A stretch of 45,998 nucleotides of DNA, filler included, from Sphacelaria rigidula (taxonomy: Eukaryota), in assembly GCA_964200075.2 (NCBI GenBank). It is 2 parts of 2 records of this genome, joined end to end, with 100 filler letters (N's around TTAATTAATTAA, not from the genome) between each part and the next. Parts side by side here need not be neighbours in the genome. Positions count along the whole stretch, not along the records: positions 23,061 to 45,998 come from CAXNAA020000298.1; 1 more part is not named here. One strand, written 5' to 3'. Shown in pieces: positions 25,228 to 37,369 of this stretch (within the stretch, counting starts at the first letter, position 1; each line of letters opens with the position of its first letter). Under the pieces are notes generated by a model that worked only from the letters and a program-made list of their open reading frames with translations, searched no databases and was not told where the DNA came from. The position numbers and the translations under genes are program-made.

Positions 25228-28157
25228 CTGTACGCAGGCTCCATGATATGGTGAGCAGACGCGTAGGGTATTTTGTCCGCTGTTGTGTCTCCTACCCGCA
25301 GTCGGGCCAGGGTGCACGGATTTGTACCATGCGATTCAGGGCCGTCCTAAACGACGGGGTGGAAGTTGAGTTTCCCCCGTTTGCCCCATATTTTGACCAC
25401 TTCCCATAACATCAGACTGTGCTCACAGAGAAATTTTAAGGTACCACCGGTATGGGATTCTTAGAGAACTCATCGAGTCTGTCGGGTAAGCTATGATGGT
25501 GGTGTACAGAAATCCTTACCCGCAACCGGGTATATACATAAAAAGGGTGTAGCAAAAGACGATACCCGTACCCCAGGCAAGATTGAACATTTCGTACCGA
25601 TCGTACAGACCTGTTGGGTGCCGCTACGAAGAGGGTCTCCTAAAAAAAGTTTTTTTATGCCACCGTGAGGTTGACCCTACGTTTGGATTTTCGCCATTTA
25701 TTTTCGCCAAGAAAGTTTGGGTTAGGAAGCACTGTCGGCTCATGTATTTGTTTTAAAAGTTGAGTGGCTGTTGTTGCTGTGTGCGCCCAATTCGGTGTGC
25801 ACGTGACACGTGTGTCGACGACGCCGCCATCGGATGAGCGATGGCGGAGAGGAAGTGTCCTTCTTGTGTCTTTGCTCGGGGATTCTCCATCAAGCGGTCG
25901 AGAGATTGGCATCAGCAGCAGCAGAAGGGGGGCAGTGAAAAAGAAGCTCCGGTTGAGACGATGTACGACATGCATGCGTGTAATATCAAAGACACGCTGG
26001 CTCGAGTTGTCCCAGTTCTGCCCCAACAGTTAGTTTAGTGAAGAACGATGGCACGCCATGGCGGTTTCATACGTCGTATCGTTTCGATTCAACTGAACAT
26101 GATGCTGATTCAATTTTCCAGGTGAATACAAGCTGGACCAGATGACATTGATTTCTCCATGTTTTCGGGCCCGGTCGTGGGTAATTCGAGGAGTTATACG
26201 CTGAAAAGTTGACACATTTTAATCAACATGCGCAACATGTTGAGGGATGCCGAGAAGAAAAAACGAACGGAAAGTCAGAGCGATTAGAAGGCTCACCAAA
26301 AACCAAAAACCAGAGAAATTCAAGAACTCCGTGGGAATGAAGAAATACAGCGGCATCCGACCACATGTTGTGCGTATGGGCGTGGAGGAGATCCCGGTGA
26401 AGTTTCGTCGAAAAATTCTCAAAATTGGGCGCAGCCGGGCACTTGTTTTGTGACACCGCTGCGCCCCTCCAATCTAACTTATGAGGGAGACTTCAGTTAT
26501 GGAGGTCACGAGTTCGAATCCCAATATCTTCTCGTTTTTTCTCGTTCCGTCGCGAAGGTTATATATTTTGCAGCCCGTTTCTGTCCATTTTTTCTTCATT
26601 CAGCGGCGGCGGTGCCGTGTGTTACCAGGTTGGTCCGCAGTTCACAGCGATATGCTCAAGTCGACTTGCTTCCGTAAACTTGATGAGTTGTGGTGTGAAA
26701 TGCGAATAAGAGACAATTCTAAAAAATGAGGTTCAAGCCCAGAGCAGGTATTTCCCCACACTTTCAGCGATGGTGCCCCCTGACGTTCTCGTCGGCTTAA
26801 TGCCACTCTCGATCGCGAAGAAACTTTCTCAGCGCATTTTACTGGCTCTGTGAGCTAACAGCGCTGTTTCAGGCATTACTTCAGTTTTTTCCAAAACTAA
26901 TGGGCCGGCCGCATAACACGTGCCCGAGTCACAGGGACAACAAAAGTCAGGCCAGACAGACATGACATTACCTTGACCATGTAATCATCTTTACTTCTCC
27001 GACTTCCATGTATTCATACATCTTGTGCGCGTGCTATATTATGCTCAATCGTTGAACCGATAATCAACCCCTTCTAGACGCAATCATCATTCCGAAGAGT
27101 ACCTGAGGGCGAATATTTTTTATGCTCCTTCCGCATCTTCCGCCGCCACGGAAATTCCTCGACTCAGTTCAATCGATGTCCTGATAATCATTGCATTCTT
27201 CGCGCAACGCAGGCAAAATTTTCAAGTAATGATAGTATCCGAGGAATCAAGACAGCAACTTCTCCCATCCACCTCTTCCCCCCGTCGCAAACAAAAAAAT
27301 CTCAAGCAGATGAAACAGTACCATACTCGAGAGAACTACTACATCACGAAGTCCACTGATGACTCTCGACAATATCACCTCACCAACATCACTACAACAG
27401 TCCGACGGCCGCGGGGTTATACTTCAAGGGGTACACACAGCGTGGCAGGCGAAAAAAAAAGGCAGTAAAAAAAGCAATATATATACTCAAGTCAGTGGCC
27501 GTTGAAACCGAACGCCAAAACCTCGAGGCGCTAAAAACTACGCTGACATCAACGCACACAACAAGCTGCCGCCGGTCTCTTGTGGAGGCAACCTAGGGCC
27601 GTTAGGAAGGCACCGAAACAGGACCACTACAGTGGTAGGCGGCTTTTTGAGAAAAACGTCTCGTCTCAGCGGATAGACGTAAACGTACTCTTGAGCATTT
27701 CTTGGGAATACGGTCGTCGTGGTCGATTGCAATTTACGCTTCACCATCGTCAGCCCTTCCAACGCATCATTTCTTGTATCCGCTTCTTCGCCCCTCTGCA
27801 CTTCATCCATCGGCGGTGATATGGGTGATATTTCTGTGCATCCCTCACCACACCCCACACCGACATCACTCATGCGCTCTCTTTAAAAGCCATGTCCCCA
27901 TATCGAACGTCTTCTTGCTCGCCAGTCCCGATTTCCACAGTCCTGACAAGAGCCATCATCTTCCTTGCAATTGCGGGTTCATTTTCCCTCTTCCGCTTGC
28001 CCGCTGTTCAGCACAGCAAACGCGGAGGACGACAAAGCCTCGATATAAAAAACAAAGGACGCAGAGTGACCAACGATCTTGGTATAATACGTCGTACACA
28101 CACGACGAATCAAGCGCATACTAACAACCCAACTCAACGAAAGAGCACAAAAGTGCA

Positions 28158-29826
28158 TCAGCGTTTCTTGGGGCGACGACCCTTCACCATCCTCCTGCCA
28201 GCTTTGTTGGTATTCGGCTGGGCCTGTTGGGCCCCAAGATTAAACGCCCCTCCTGCATTCGCCGGGGGCCGCACCACAGGCGCTGCACCGGCCACGGGTG
28301 GGAATCCGCCTGCTGCTCCCACACCAACAAAGCCCCCGGTCGCGGTGCCAGCTGCCGGCGCCGTCGTACCAAACTGTGTCGATGGGGGCTGGACACTAAA
28401 ACCTGTGGCAGAGGGTGCCGCGGCTGCGCCGAAAGAAAACCCACCAGCGGTAGCTTGCGGGGCAGCTGAAGCGTCAGCCCCGGCAGCACCGAACAGGCCG
28501 GTGGCGCCGGGCTGAGCTCCGAAGGCACCCGCAGCGCCACCGCCGAAGGCTGTGTTTGCGAGGGAACCACCGCGCTTCGGCGCGCCTTGCCCGCTCGGGC
28601 CGAAGCCTCCGGCGCTCCCGGCAGGCGAAGCACCACGCTTCGGCGCTCCCTGCCCGCTCGCGCCAAAGCCTCCAACGCTTCCGGCAGGAGAAGGTGCCCG
28701 CACCCCTCCGACTGTGGATCCGAACGCGGCAGTACCGAAGACGGGGAATGTGGTCGGAGCAGGCATAGCCAAACCCGTCGAGGCCCCGGTGGCTCCAGCG
28801 GCGGGGGCAGCGGCGGGGACTGCGGTGGCACCGACCGCTGGAGCAGGGGCCGCACCCCCGAACAAGAACGGCGAGGCGGCCGGCGCCGGAGCTGGGGTTG
28901 CAGCGGGAACCGGGGCAAGAGCAGCACCACTGGTTGCGGCAGCAGCTGCAGCTCCGAAGGTGAAACCTGCCGTGGAAGATGCAGGAGCGACGGGGGCGGG
29001 GGTAGGAGCGGCAAAGCTGGTGAACCCCCCAGCACCCTTGCTCTTTGGAGGGCTCTTCGGAGGAGCGTCCGTCCCACTCTTGAAAAAGGATGAGGCAGTC
29101 GGCGCCGCCGTCACCCCCGCGCCTGATGCTGCGGGCGATGTCTTTGCGGCTGTCGATGTAGAAGACGATGTGCCCCCGAACGTGAAGCTGGCGGTTGTGG
29201 AGCCTCCAGGGGCCACGGCCGTGGCGGCAGGTGCTGCGGCGGCCGTAGCAGCGACATCAGCGACTGACGGCGTCTTCGACGCGGTGGAGCCAAAGGTGAA
29301 ACCAGCGGTAGCTGAGGCGGGTGCCGGCGCCGCCGTCACAGAAGTTGCTTTATCCGACTGTGCCGCCGCCACTGCGACAAATCCAGGATTTTCGGCGGCG
29401 GTGCCGAAAGCCGTGTCGGCCGGCGCGGTTGCGCCGGCGGCTGTAGAAGCAGGAGCAGAAAACTGGAAAGCGGTTCGCTTGGCAGGTCGCGCGGCTGATG
29501 CTGCTGCGGGATCGGACACCGCAGGAGCGGGGGCAGCAGCAGCACCCCCTGCTGAAGCAGCTGCGGCAGTACTTCCAAAAGAGAAAGCGGGCGTGGATGG
29601 TGTAGCGGTAACTGGCGCGGGGGTCGACAACGACGTGTCCCTGCTGGCGGCGAAGGAGAAGCCAGGGCCCGGGGTTGCAGGTGCAGCGGCGGGAGTTGGA
29701 GTCAGACTCGGAGCCGCAGTCGCAGTCGCAGTCGCAATTGCAGTCGAAGTCGGAGTCGGAGTTGGGGTGGGCGAAAAACCCTTGGTGTCGCTACTGAATC
29801 TGACGCTGGTCGCCTTCGGCGTTGAT
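28158..29826 (-). CDS. Nucleoporin terminal exon: FxFG repeats and basic tail
   Basis: Acceptor cgcAG; FSFG, FTFG (x3), FLFG, GGFG and AFG motifs; stop TGA at 28158. Confidence 0.92.
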
Positions 29827-32800
29827 CTGCGTACAACACGGGTGTACACATACACGGGGGGTGGGCATGACGTAAAAAAACTTTGACGAGAAAAGGAGGC
29901 ACGATTGCTCAACGACGGGTGATAGATGCGAATTGAGGGGGCTTTTGCACACACGAAGCGATGAACGCATTTGTTATCGCGGTACTGGCTTTAGGAATGG
30001 GCGCTGGCCAACTTCAACACGTGTGGCGTCTACGAGTTCACGTACCGAAACGGTGACACAATACGAAGAGTGCGAAGTATAGTTGTTCGTATCTCAAACA
30101 TGACACCGAATTGCCAACTTTGTAGTTCAGGCAGGAGGCGAGGGACACCGGAATTATTAATCAAGAGATGAATCCATCATACCTCTGAACTGAAGTTACG
30201 CCAAGAGATGAATCCATCATACCAAAAGGGGAAGGACTACGTGAATTATGTTGGGAGTATTTGATCGGTTGCGAGAAAGAGAGGAATTGGACACATGTGG
30301 TGCAAGCAAGACGAATGGGATCGGTCGAGTTGTGGTGATGCCTGTACAGTAGATCAACCACCCCACACCCATAGTACAGGGTACGCCAAGCATATGTTAC
30401 TCGGAGAGTATTTACACGCATATATGAAGTCCCTCCTACAGGTGCTCCGGTTGCCTCCGGAGCACCCTTCAGCCGGTGTCGGCCAATATAGAATATTCAC
30501 GTCCAAGGCTCAAACAAGAGGTGTGTGCGTGTGTGTGTGTGTGCACGCGCCGGGGAGAGAACTGAAATGTGTGCCCCTGCTTGAAGGGTGTCTGAGGAAT
30601 GATGAAAAGTGACGGGTGCCATAAATTTTTCCTGAGCTTCAACACGGGCGAGCCTTCCGAAGCGATTCTGCCGGGAGTTGGTGAAAGGACGACGCACTCA
30701 AGTCATCACGACGGGAGGCTTGGCGTGCAAGTCATGGGAGGTGCTTGAGAAAATCCGGACCGCGCAAATCTGTACGGCCACCGCACCAAGCACAGGAACA
30801 TAGCAGCGCCCGGCCAACAACAACTGACTCGGGTACGTGGGTACGAACGATGCGCGCGCGCCATCGTAACGCATACACAGCAGACACACAGCCGGGCAAA
30901 GTTGTACTGACAACCACACGATCAATAACGACACTACCGGGAAGCTCTGTACCGGACCAAATGGATTACAAAATTATCAGCACCGATACAGAGATCCCGT
31001 GCAGTCTTTCACCCGACGAGGACGAAGCCAACAAGTATACTATTATTGCCAGTAGCAAGGAAAAAAAAAACGAAAGGGAAAGAGAAAAAAAACCTTACCC
31101 GCCACCTGTAGCCACCGCAGATCCCGGCTCCGACCCAGGGACCGGCCCCGATCCAATGGTCGGGGCGGCATTGATTGCGGCCGGTGTGGACCGAGCGGGG
31201 GTTGACATCTTCGCTGCCTCGAGGTTGATGCGAACGTTATGGAGCGTCCTGCCGTTTCTAGCGATTCCGTCGGCAGGAAATGGGATGGGCACACACACAC
31301 GGGGGGGTGGGGGTGGGGGGGGGCGATTCGCTTCACTTCTCTCGTACCCTATCAACCTATTCGGCAAAGACGGGGGGCATAACGAGGACCGCAGTCAAAA
31401 CGACTTCGACACAAATCAACCACGAAACGACTTCGGAATCGGCTGCCTGGAGCATGGTGGGCAGCAACTCAACTCAAAACGTGCCTGTTCGGAATAAAAT
31501 AAGCGGGGTTCAGCTGTCCGTTGATTGTCTGTACTTGATTGACACATGCTAGCACGCGGTGAAGGAAAGACCAAAAATAAGCGTTTCAACCACAGTTATC
31601 TTCGGCTTCTATTTTTCCCTGCGTTGCATTCGCAATAAAATCGGAATGAATCGCAAAATGCCTGCGATGAAGAAAAAACACAACAGATCTCAACCCTATC
31701 CAAACACAAGAAAAAAGCATACTCACGCGAGAACGGCTCTAGGTTGCTTGTAGTATGGCGTTCCGAAGTTCTTCGGCCTTAGACACATGTCGCACTCCTT
31801 GGCGTCCATGTCGTAAATCCGCACGTAGCAGCCTCGGCATGTCCAGTAGTCCAGCTGTTACGGGGGGGGGGGAGGGAAAAAGCAAATAACATACACATGA
31901 GCATGCACGCGCACAAAAGGATACAGGGCAAGGTGTGTAGACCCAAGTGCACCGAACACACCACCGATAGTGTAGAAAAACAACGCGAAGGAAACAAGGG
32001 GGAAAATACAACAGCCCCGAGGGGGCACTCCTTCGAACCGGTGTGCCTGCCAAGTCGTGTGCAATATGAATGGACAGCAAACAGAAAAATATGCGGGGGA
32101 GGGACAACGATATCACTTTAGCTAAAGCAACGAGCTACTACTGTGGAAGCACGAGACAAATGGCAGCGTGTGAAAGCCAGCACGCAACACTTTCACCACG
32201 GCTGCAGAGCAGGAGAACAATATCATCTCACTTTTGTGGGTGCCTGCTGGGCTTCCGAGTCCGTAAAACGTACGCCGCCTGCCGCCGCCGACCGATAGGG
32301 GCGCGGCTTCATGCCCCCGTCGCCGCGTACATAAGGCGACTTCCCACCGAGATGTCGATCTGTCCCGTGCGCTTCGCGTCGCCTCTCGGCACCATCCGCG
32401 CTACTGTCATTGGGGCGCTTCGGCGTCTCTGAAGCTGCCAAGTCGCCGTCGTCGTTCTTCTTGTCTCCATCGCCGCCCGTCGTCACCTCGGCGCTACTCT
32501 TATCCTTGCCATCGCGGTCAATGCTACTACGGGTGTCCTGCTTTCGTCCATCATTCGCAGCGTGACCGCCGTCGGCGTCGTTGCCCCTGCCTTGTTTTAG
32601 CTGCTGGTCGAGGAGGACCTCGCTGTTGGTACGCGCGCGCTTGTTGCGATGCGGTGATATGCCCGTACTTTCAACGTCATCAGCAACTCCCGCCATCCCA
32701 ACGACCGCCGCGGGCGACATCTGCGTACCAACGGCCGTCGGCTTTCTCCCGTCTACCTCCATCTCCTTCCCTCCTTCTCCCTCCCCCGCCGGCGCTGACG

Positions 32801-35800
32801 CATCCTTTCCTTCATCATCTTGGACATACTCGTCCGTTTTCCGCTTCCGTGATTGCCGCCGGGGGGAAGGCGAAGCCGAACTAGAGCCACCACCACCGCT
32901 GCCCCGGCCACCACTGCCGATAAGACCATCGTCCGTCTGAGTCTGTATTTCGCGTCGTGCCCATCGCGATGGAGGAAGCTTGGCGGCAGGCGAAGCCAGC
33001 CTTGCCTTCCTCTCCTTATCGCGACCATCATTTCCTGCTCCGGGATCAACCTTCGTATTCGGGTACGGCACAGACAGCATTTTGGTGGGCAGTCGTCCCT
33101 CTTCCGCGTATGCTGTATCCGGCTGCACTGCCACATCTTCAATTACCGTGGTGGGGTTTGCAGAGGGCGGCGAGAGCTGTGTTTTCCGGGGGAGGGTTGC
33201 ACAAACAAGAGAAGACACGAGAGACATGAGAGTGACCAAAAATGGACGAGAACAGGAGCGGGCGGCGGGGGCGGGGGCGGGGGCGTATAGCCGCGTGGTG
33301 GATGAGGGGGAAACGTAGCCAGCGCCAGGGTGTGTAAATTCCGTGTGCGGCAAGGCGTGCAGGCCGCATAAAAACGCCTGATTTTGGGTACGCAGACCGA
33401 ACCTGTCTGTGCGGACCGCAACTTTTGTGCACACGTCGGTACTATAGTAGATTATAGCACTAGCCCTAACCCCTACGAAGTGTGTGCACGTACTCACCCC
33501 CACCTCGGCTCCGGTGTATTCATTTTATTATACGTCCACTAATCCATTCAACGTTTCAAAACTTTCTGACCATGCCATACCACCCTATCCTACGCGTGCA
33601 CTACGATACGTAATGCATGTACGTGCCCGCGTACTCTCCCGCTTCAGTTACGCCACAACATCACGCCCATGACCCTACCTACCAACAAAAATAAAAAAGC
33701 GGGCACGAAACTTTGGACCAGCGTCGCACACCGTACACAAAATCTTCACCTCATCAGCGATATCGTATCTGCACTGCGTTCAATTACACACGAACAGTGA
33801 CTCGAAGAACCACTATTATACTGAAGTACAAAACCAAGTAGCACCGCTGGGAAAAAGGACAAGAGCCGCTCCTCGTGCTCGCTCCTAGTCAAATAATTTC
33901 AGACTGCATGACTGAATCTTTTATCCTTCACTCTTCGCGGCGCGACAAGGAACACTTTGAGACACATCACAGCCGCCACACAAACTCACCCTGAGCGGCG
34001 TTCTCAGGCTCGCGGCGTCATCCAGCAAGCTTATCACGCGGCGCGCCATTGCCGCAGGGGAACGCAGCGACCCCAAGCTGTATCGAGCGGGCGTTCTGCG
34101 GTTAGCAATGTCGTCCCCTCCCACAGCCGGCGGCTCCTCGTGTACCCTGCTCCGCGGCGCGCCGCCGCTACCTTCTCCACGAACGTGGGTCCGCGGCGCT
34201 CCCGCCCATGGCGTCCCTTGATTGGCTGTTGCAGCCGGTTGCCACACACGATCTCCACCAGGGGTTGAATGCGCGAAAGATCTGTGATGGTGTTGCGTTT
34301 TGAGTTGTAGAGGCAGCCCGACGGGATGAGCGGGCGATAGGGAAGCACTTTTCGGTGAATCTGGAGTGGTTCAAGGTTTTCCGCTAAATTTTATTCGTAC
34401 TGTTAACTTTGCGGCTGATACATCAAAGTACATCTCTGCGTTGTACCTAGTTTTAGTTTTTGCTAGAACACGATGTGGTTTTTTCGTGAATATGCTTTTG
34501 AGCTGTATGCCTTCCATTTCCATGAAGGAGGATGGGGGCGGAATGTCAAATGTCAACACTTGATAGTTCTTTGCACAACAGGTGATCAGGCACTATACGC
34601 GCGATGCGGTGCGACAACAGAAAAAACTGACAAGCCGAGTGTCCTGTCACACTTCCGTTACAGTTGGTGAATTAGGTCAGGGAATAGACCAGAAATGTTC
34701 ACACCTGCACCGCACCGTGAACCAAAAATCCATCCTGTATTGCCTGCACATACCGAAATGAGAGTACACCGACAACTTTCAGCACATCCCTGCTGCCGCT
34801 TCTGTAATTGTAACAAAGGAAGGTGTTAGCAAACCTCTCGAGCAGTCATCGGGAGCAACAACTATGGACCCCACTGTTGGTAGTAATGAAACATGAAGCA
34901 GCAGTCTGCTAGGGTAACGTCTGCCGCTGCGTGCGATGATGTACGTGTATGTGCTGTGTGGGCATCCCAGGCGCAGATTATGCAAGCGCTGTGCTTTTGA
35001 ACAACTTGCGTATAAAAAAAACTCGCTGTTGTTCAGTTCTGTCTTTTATACCGTGTTTTCTTCATCTTCCACAAATTTGAGAGCCGGACCTGAACAAAAT
35101 TATTTTCACCTAGGTAGCCACCATCTCCCCGGTGGTAGCAAGGAAGGATTGCCTACCTCGTGTGCCAGCAAGGACGCGTCAGGTCTCCGTTAGCCTCCAC
35201 CTCTACAGGTCTACATCTCATGTTTGTTTGTTCTTTGTGACATTTTCCACATTTCTTCAACAAGTGCAACCGACGTCACCACGCCAGCACTTCCGTAAAA
35301 AATAATAACCTCCCTCCTCTTCACTTCCACACGGAGAGCACTGTAGCGCGCGCACATACGACGGCCCACGACCAAGTTGAACCTACTCACCGTTGCTCCC
35401 TCAAAGACTGCCGCCGCGCCGTGGCCCGCGCCTTGTGGGCAGGAGTTAGCAGCCCGTCGGGATCTCCTCCGCGCGTCACCCGAGGAGCCAACATCTCCCC
35501 GCCTGCAACCGATGACCGGCGCTCATACGGCGCTCGCGATCTTACGCCATCCCTGCTCTCCGAAGCGCCCCTGGCGCCGGCACCCGCATGGCTCTTCAAA
35601 AACTCACCACCGCGAGGGGGCGGGGGTAGCATGAGCGGCGAATTTTGAAGCGGGGCCGTCGGCACTAGCTCGGAGCCCGGCGGGGCACCCCTTCGTCGAG
35701 CGATGGGTGCAACGATGGGCGGCGATTGGTTGTTGCTACTGCCTGCGTTTCTCGACACACCAGCGCGTACGGAGCGTGCTGCTTCCGGCTCGTCTCGAAA

Positions 35801-37369
35801 CGCATCTAACGAACCTGCGGAACTGGCACTTGATCGTTGAGCGTCGCCGAGTGCGATATGCGCGAGTGAAGTGGATGCCGGCGCCGCTTCTCCAACATCA
35901 CCGAATTTGCCGCCTCCCGGTGCCGGCCAGGAGCGGCCCATTGTCTCCTTGTACTCTCGCAGCACTTGCACGCGGAGGCGAGCGACCGAACGGGATTCCA
36001 TCTTGGACAGAAGGTACATGGCAGCCGAGGGCGGCAGGTTCCTCCTGAACCGTAGTGCGCGCACCAAGTCTCTCCCCTCCGACGCAGTGAACGGGTCATC
36101 TCCTTCGTCATTGGTAGCTGTGTTTTTCCCTTCATCTTCCGTCTCTTCGAATCGCGTCCCGCTCTGGCGGCGGCCGCCGCCACCCAGCACCGCTGCAGCC
36201 GCTGCGTCACGCCGGCGTTGAAGTATACTTCGCCTCGGGTTGCGGCTGTCGCTCGACCCCGCAAAGATTGCATGCCCATCAGAGGGGGAGTTTCTGTTGT
36301 CATTGTTGTTGTTTCGGGGAGCCTGCGGTGTGGTCGCCTCAAGAGGGCGATTGCCGAACACAAATGTCTTTCTTTGTCCATCGAGACTGTCAGTGCTTGG
36401 GCCCGGAAAGTTATAACCTGCAACCGTGCCCTCTTCCAGTGACTCGCGGCCTCCACTGTTTTGATGGCTGAAACCACCAGCATCGACAGCGTGAACATCT
36501 CCCATACCCACTCCCTCCCTCTCTTCACCGAGAGCAGCACCCATCATCGAGCGCTGTTCACCATGCCCGAAGGACGCCCGCGCCGGCCGGTACGCCGTGC
36601 GCGTAGCCCTTTGCCCCTCGCCTCTCACCAACATTGACGAACGCCGTCTCGGCCTCGACCTCAACCTCGCCTCGTCACGCAAAATTTGCCGTACCCCGGG
36701 ACTAAAACCTCCAACGTTGGTTCCGCCGGCGATGTTATGGAGCTCGCCAACCCCTAGTCCGTTGTCAGGGCTGCTGCCGAAGCCTCCTCTTCTCACACTG
36801 GACACGTCTCCTCGGGGGGTGAAGCCGCCACCGCCGTCTCCGGGCCTCCCCGATTCTCGGGTGTCTTCACCGGCGGCCGCTAGAGCGCCGCGACCACCGA
36901 CACCGCCACCGCCGCCACTCGTGCTGCTACGTCCCTTCGCCTTTCCAGCCACTGCCGTCGGCTGCCATTGGTCTCGGTTAAGCTCAGGCGACCACTCTTC
37001 TTCATCTAGGCCTGCATCATTTTGCGCTTCAGCGGTGGCGCCGCCGCCGCCGCCGCTCGGGGTGACGTCGTGATCATTTTCATCATTAATGCTGCTGCCC
37101 GGACTGTCGTCATCCCTGTCGATGCCAGCAAGGAGTTTTTTACCGGGGGTCAACATACCTACCACGCGGCCGACGACCCCGCTCACTCTTCCGTATATCC
37201 CTTTACGGGGCTGCTTTGCAGCCGGAGTTTCCGGGGCAGAGTCGGCATTTCCATCGTTGCCTGTTTCTGGTTCGGGTCGACGGCGTTTGTTGGAAGTTCT
37301 CGACCTCGTGTTGTTGCTGATGCGGGGCGAGTTGGTATTGATGTCATCTCTGTCGTCATCCGATTCCAT
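28158..37369 (-). CDS. NUP153: Nup153/Nup1-like nuclear-basket FG nucleoporin, spliced: join(37369..35391, 34281..33990, 33176..32232, 31854..31727, 31257..31099, 29826..28158), about 1723 aa
   Basis: Six exons with GT-AG boundaries and matching phases (2, 0, 0, 2, 2), total 5172 nt. Disordered N-terminus, C4 zinc finger, Ala/Pro/Thr-rich FxFG repeats, and a C-terminal RRMVKGRRPKKR tail resembling the basic tails of Nup153, Nup1 and Nup124. The symbol reflects architecture, not proven orthology. Confidence 0.8.
31099..31257 (-). CDS. Nucleoporin exon 5 (NGRTLHNVRINLEAAK...)
   Basis: Acceptor gctAG, donor GG|GTaagg; phase 2/2. Confidence 0.75.
31727..31854 (-). CDS. Nucleoporin exon 4 encoding a RanBP2-like zinc finger (WTCRGCYVRIYDMDAKECDMCLRPK)
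   Basis: Acceptor aacAG after a C-rich tract, donor GC|GTgagt; W-x-C-x2-C-x11-C-x2-C pattern; this frame is missing from the ORF track. Confidence 0.8.
32232..33176 (-). CDS. Nucleoporin exon 3 (charged, disordered, NLS-like RKRK)
   Basis: Acceptor cacAG, donor AAA|GTgaga; 945 nt, phase 0/0. Confidence 0.85.
33990..34281 (-). CDS. Nucleoporin exon 2 (SFAHSTPGGDRVW...MARRVISLLDDAASLRTPLR)
   Basis: Acceptor cacAG, donor AGG|GTgagt; phase matches both neighbours. Confidence 0.8.
35391..37369 (-). CDS. Nucleoporin coding exon 1 (MESDDDRDD..., low-complexity, basic clusters)
   Basis: About 660 open codons; ATG at 37369 lies after an AG acceptor near 37396 (possible 5'-UTR intron); donor CG|GTgagt. 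Confidence 0.85.

Noticed and set aside
28552-29886. 444-aa plus-strand ORF and other antisense ORFs over the nucleoporin exons
   Set aside because: Shadow frames of GC-rich, low-complexity coding sequence on the minus strand.
30162-30223. 22-bp direct repeat CAAGAGATGAATCCATCATACC; similar short duplications near 6123/6335, 20779-20808 and 22640-22795
   Set aside because: Ordinary local duplications with no supporting structure.
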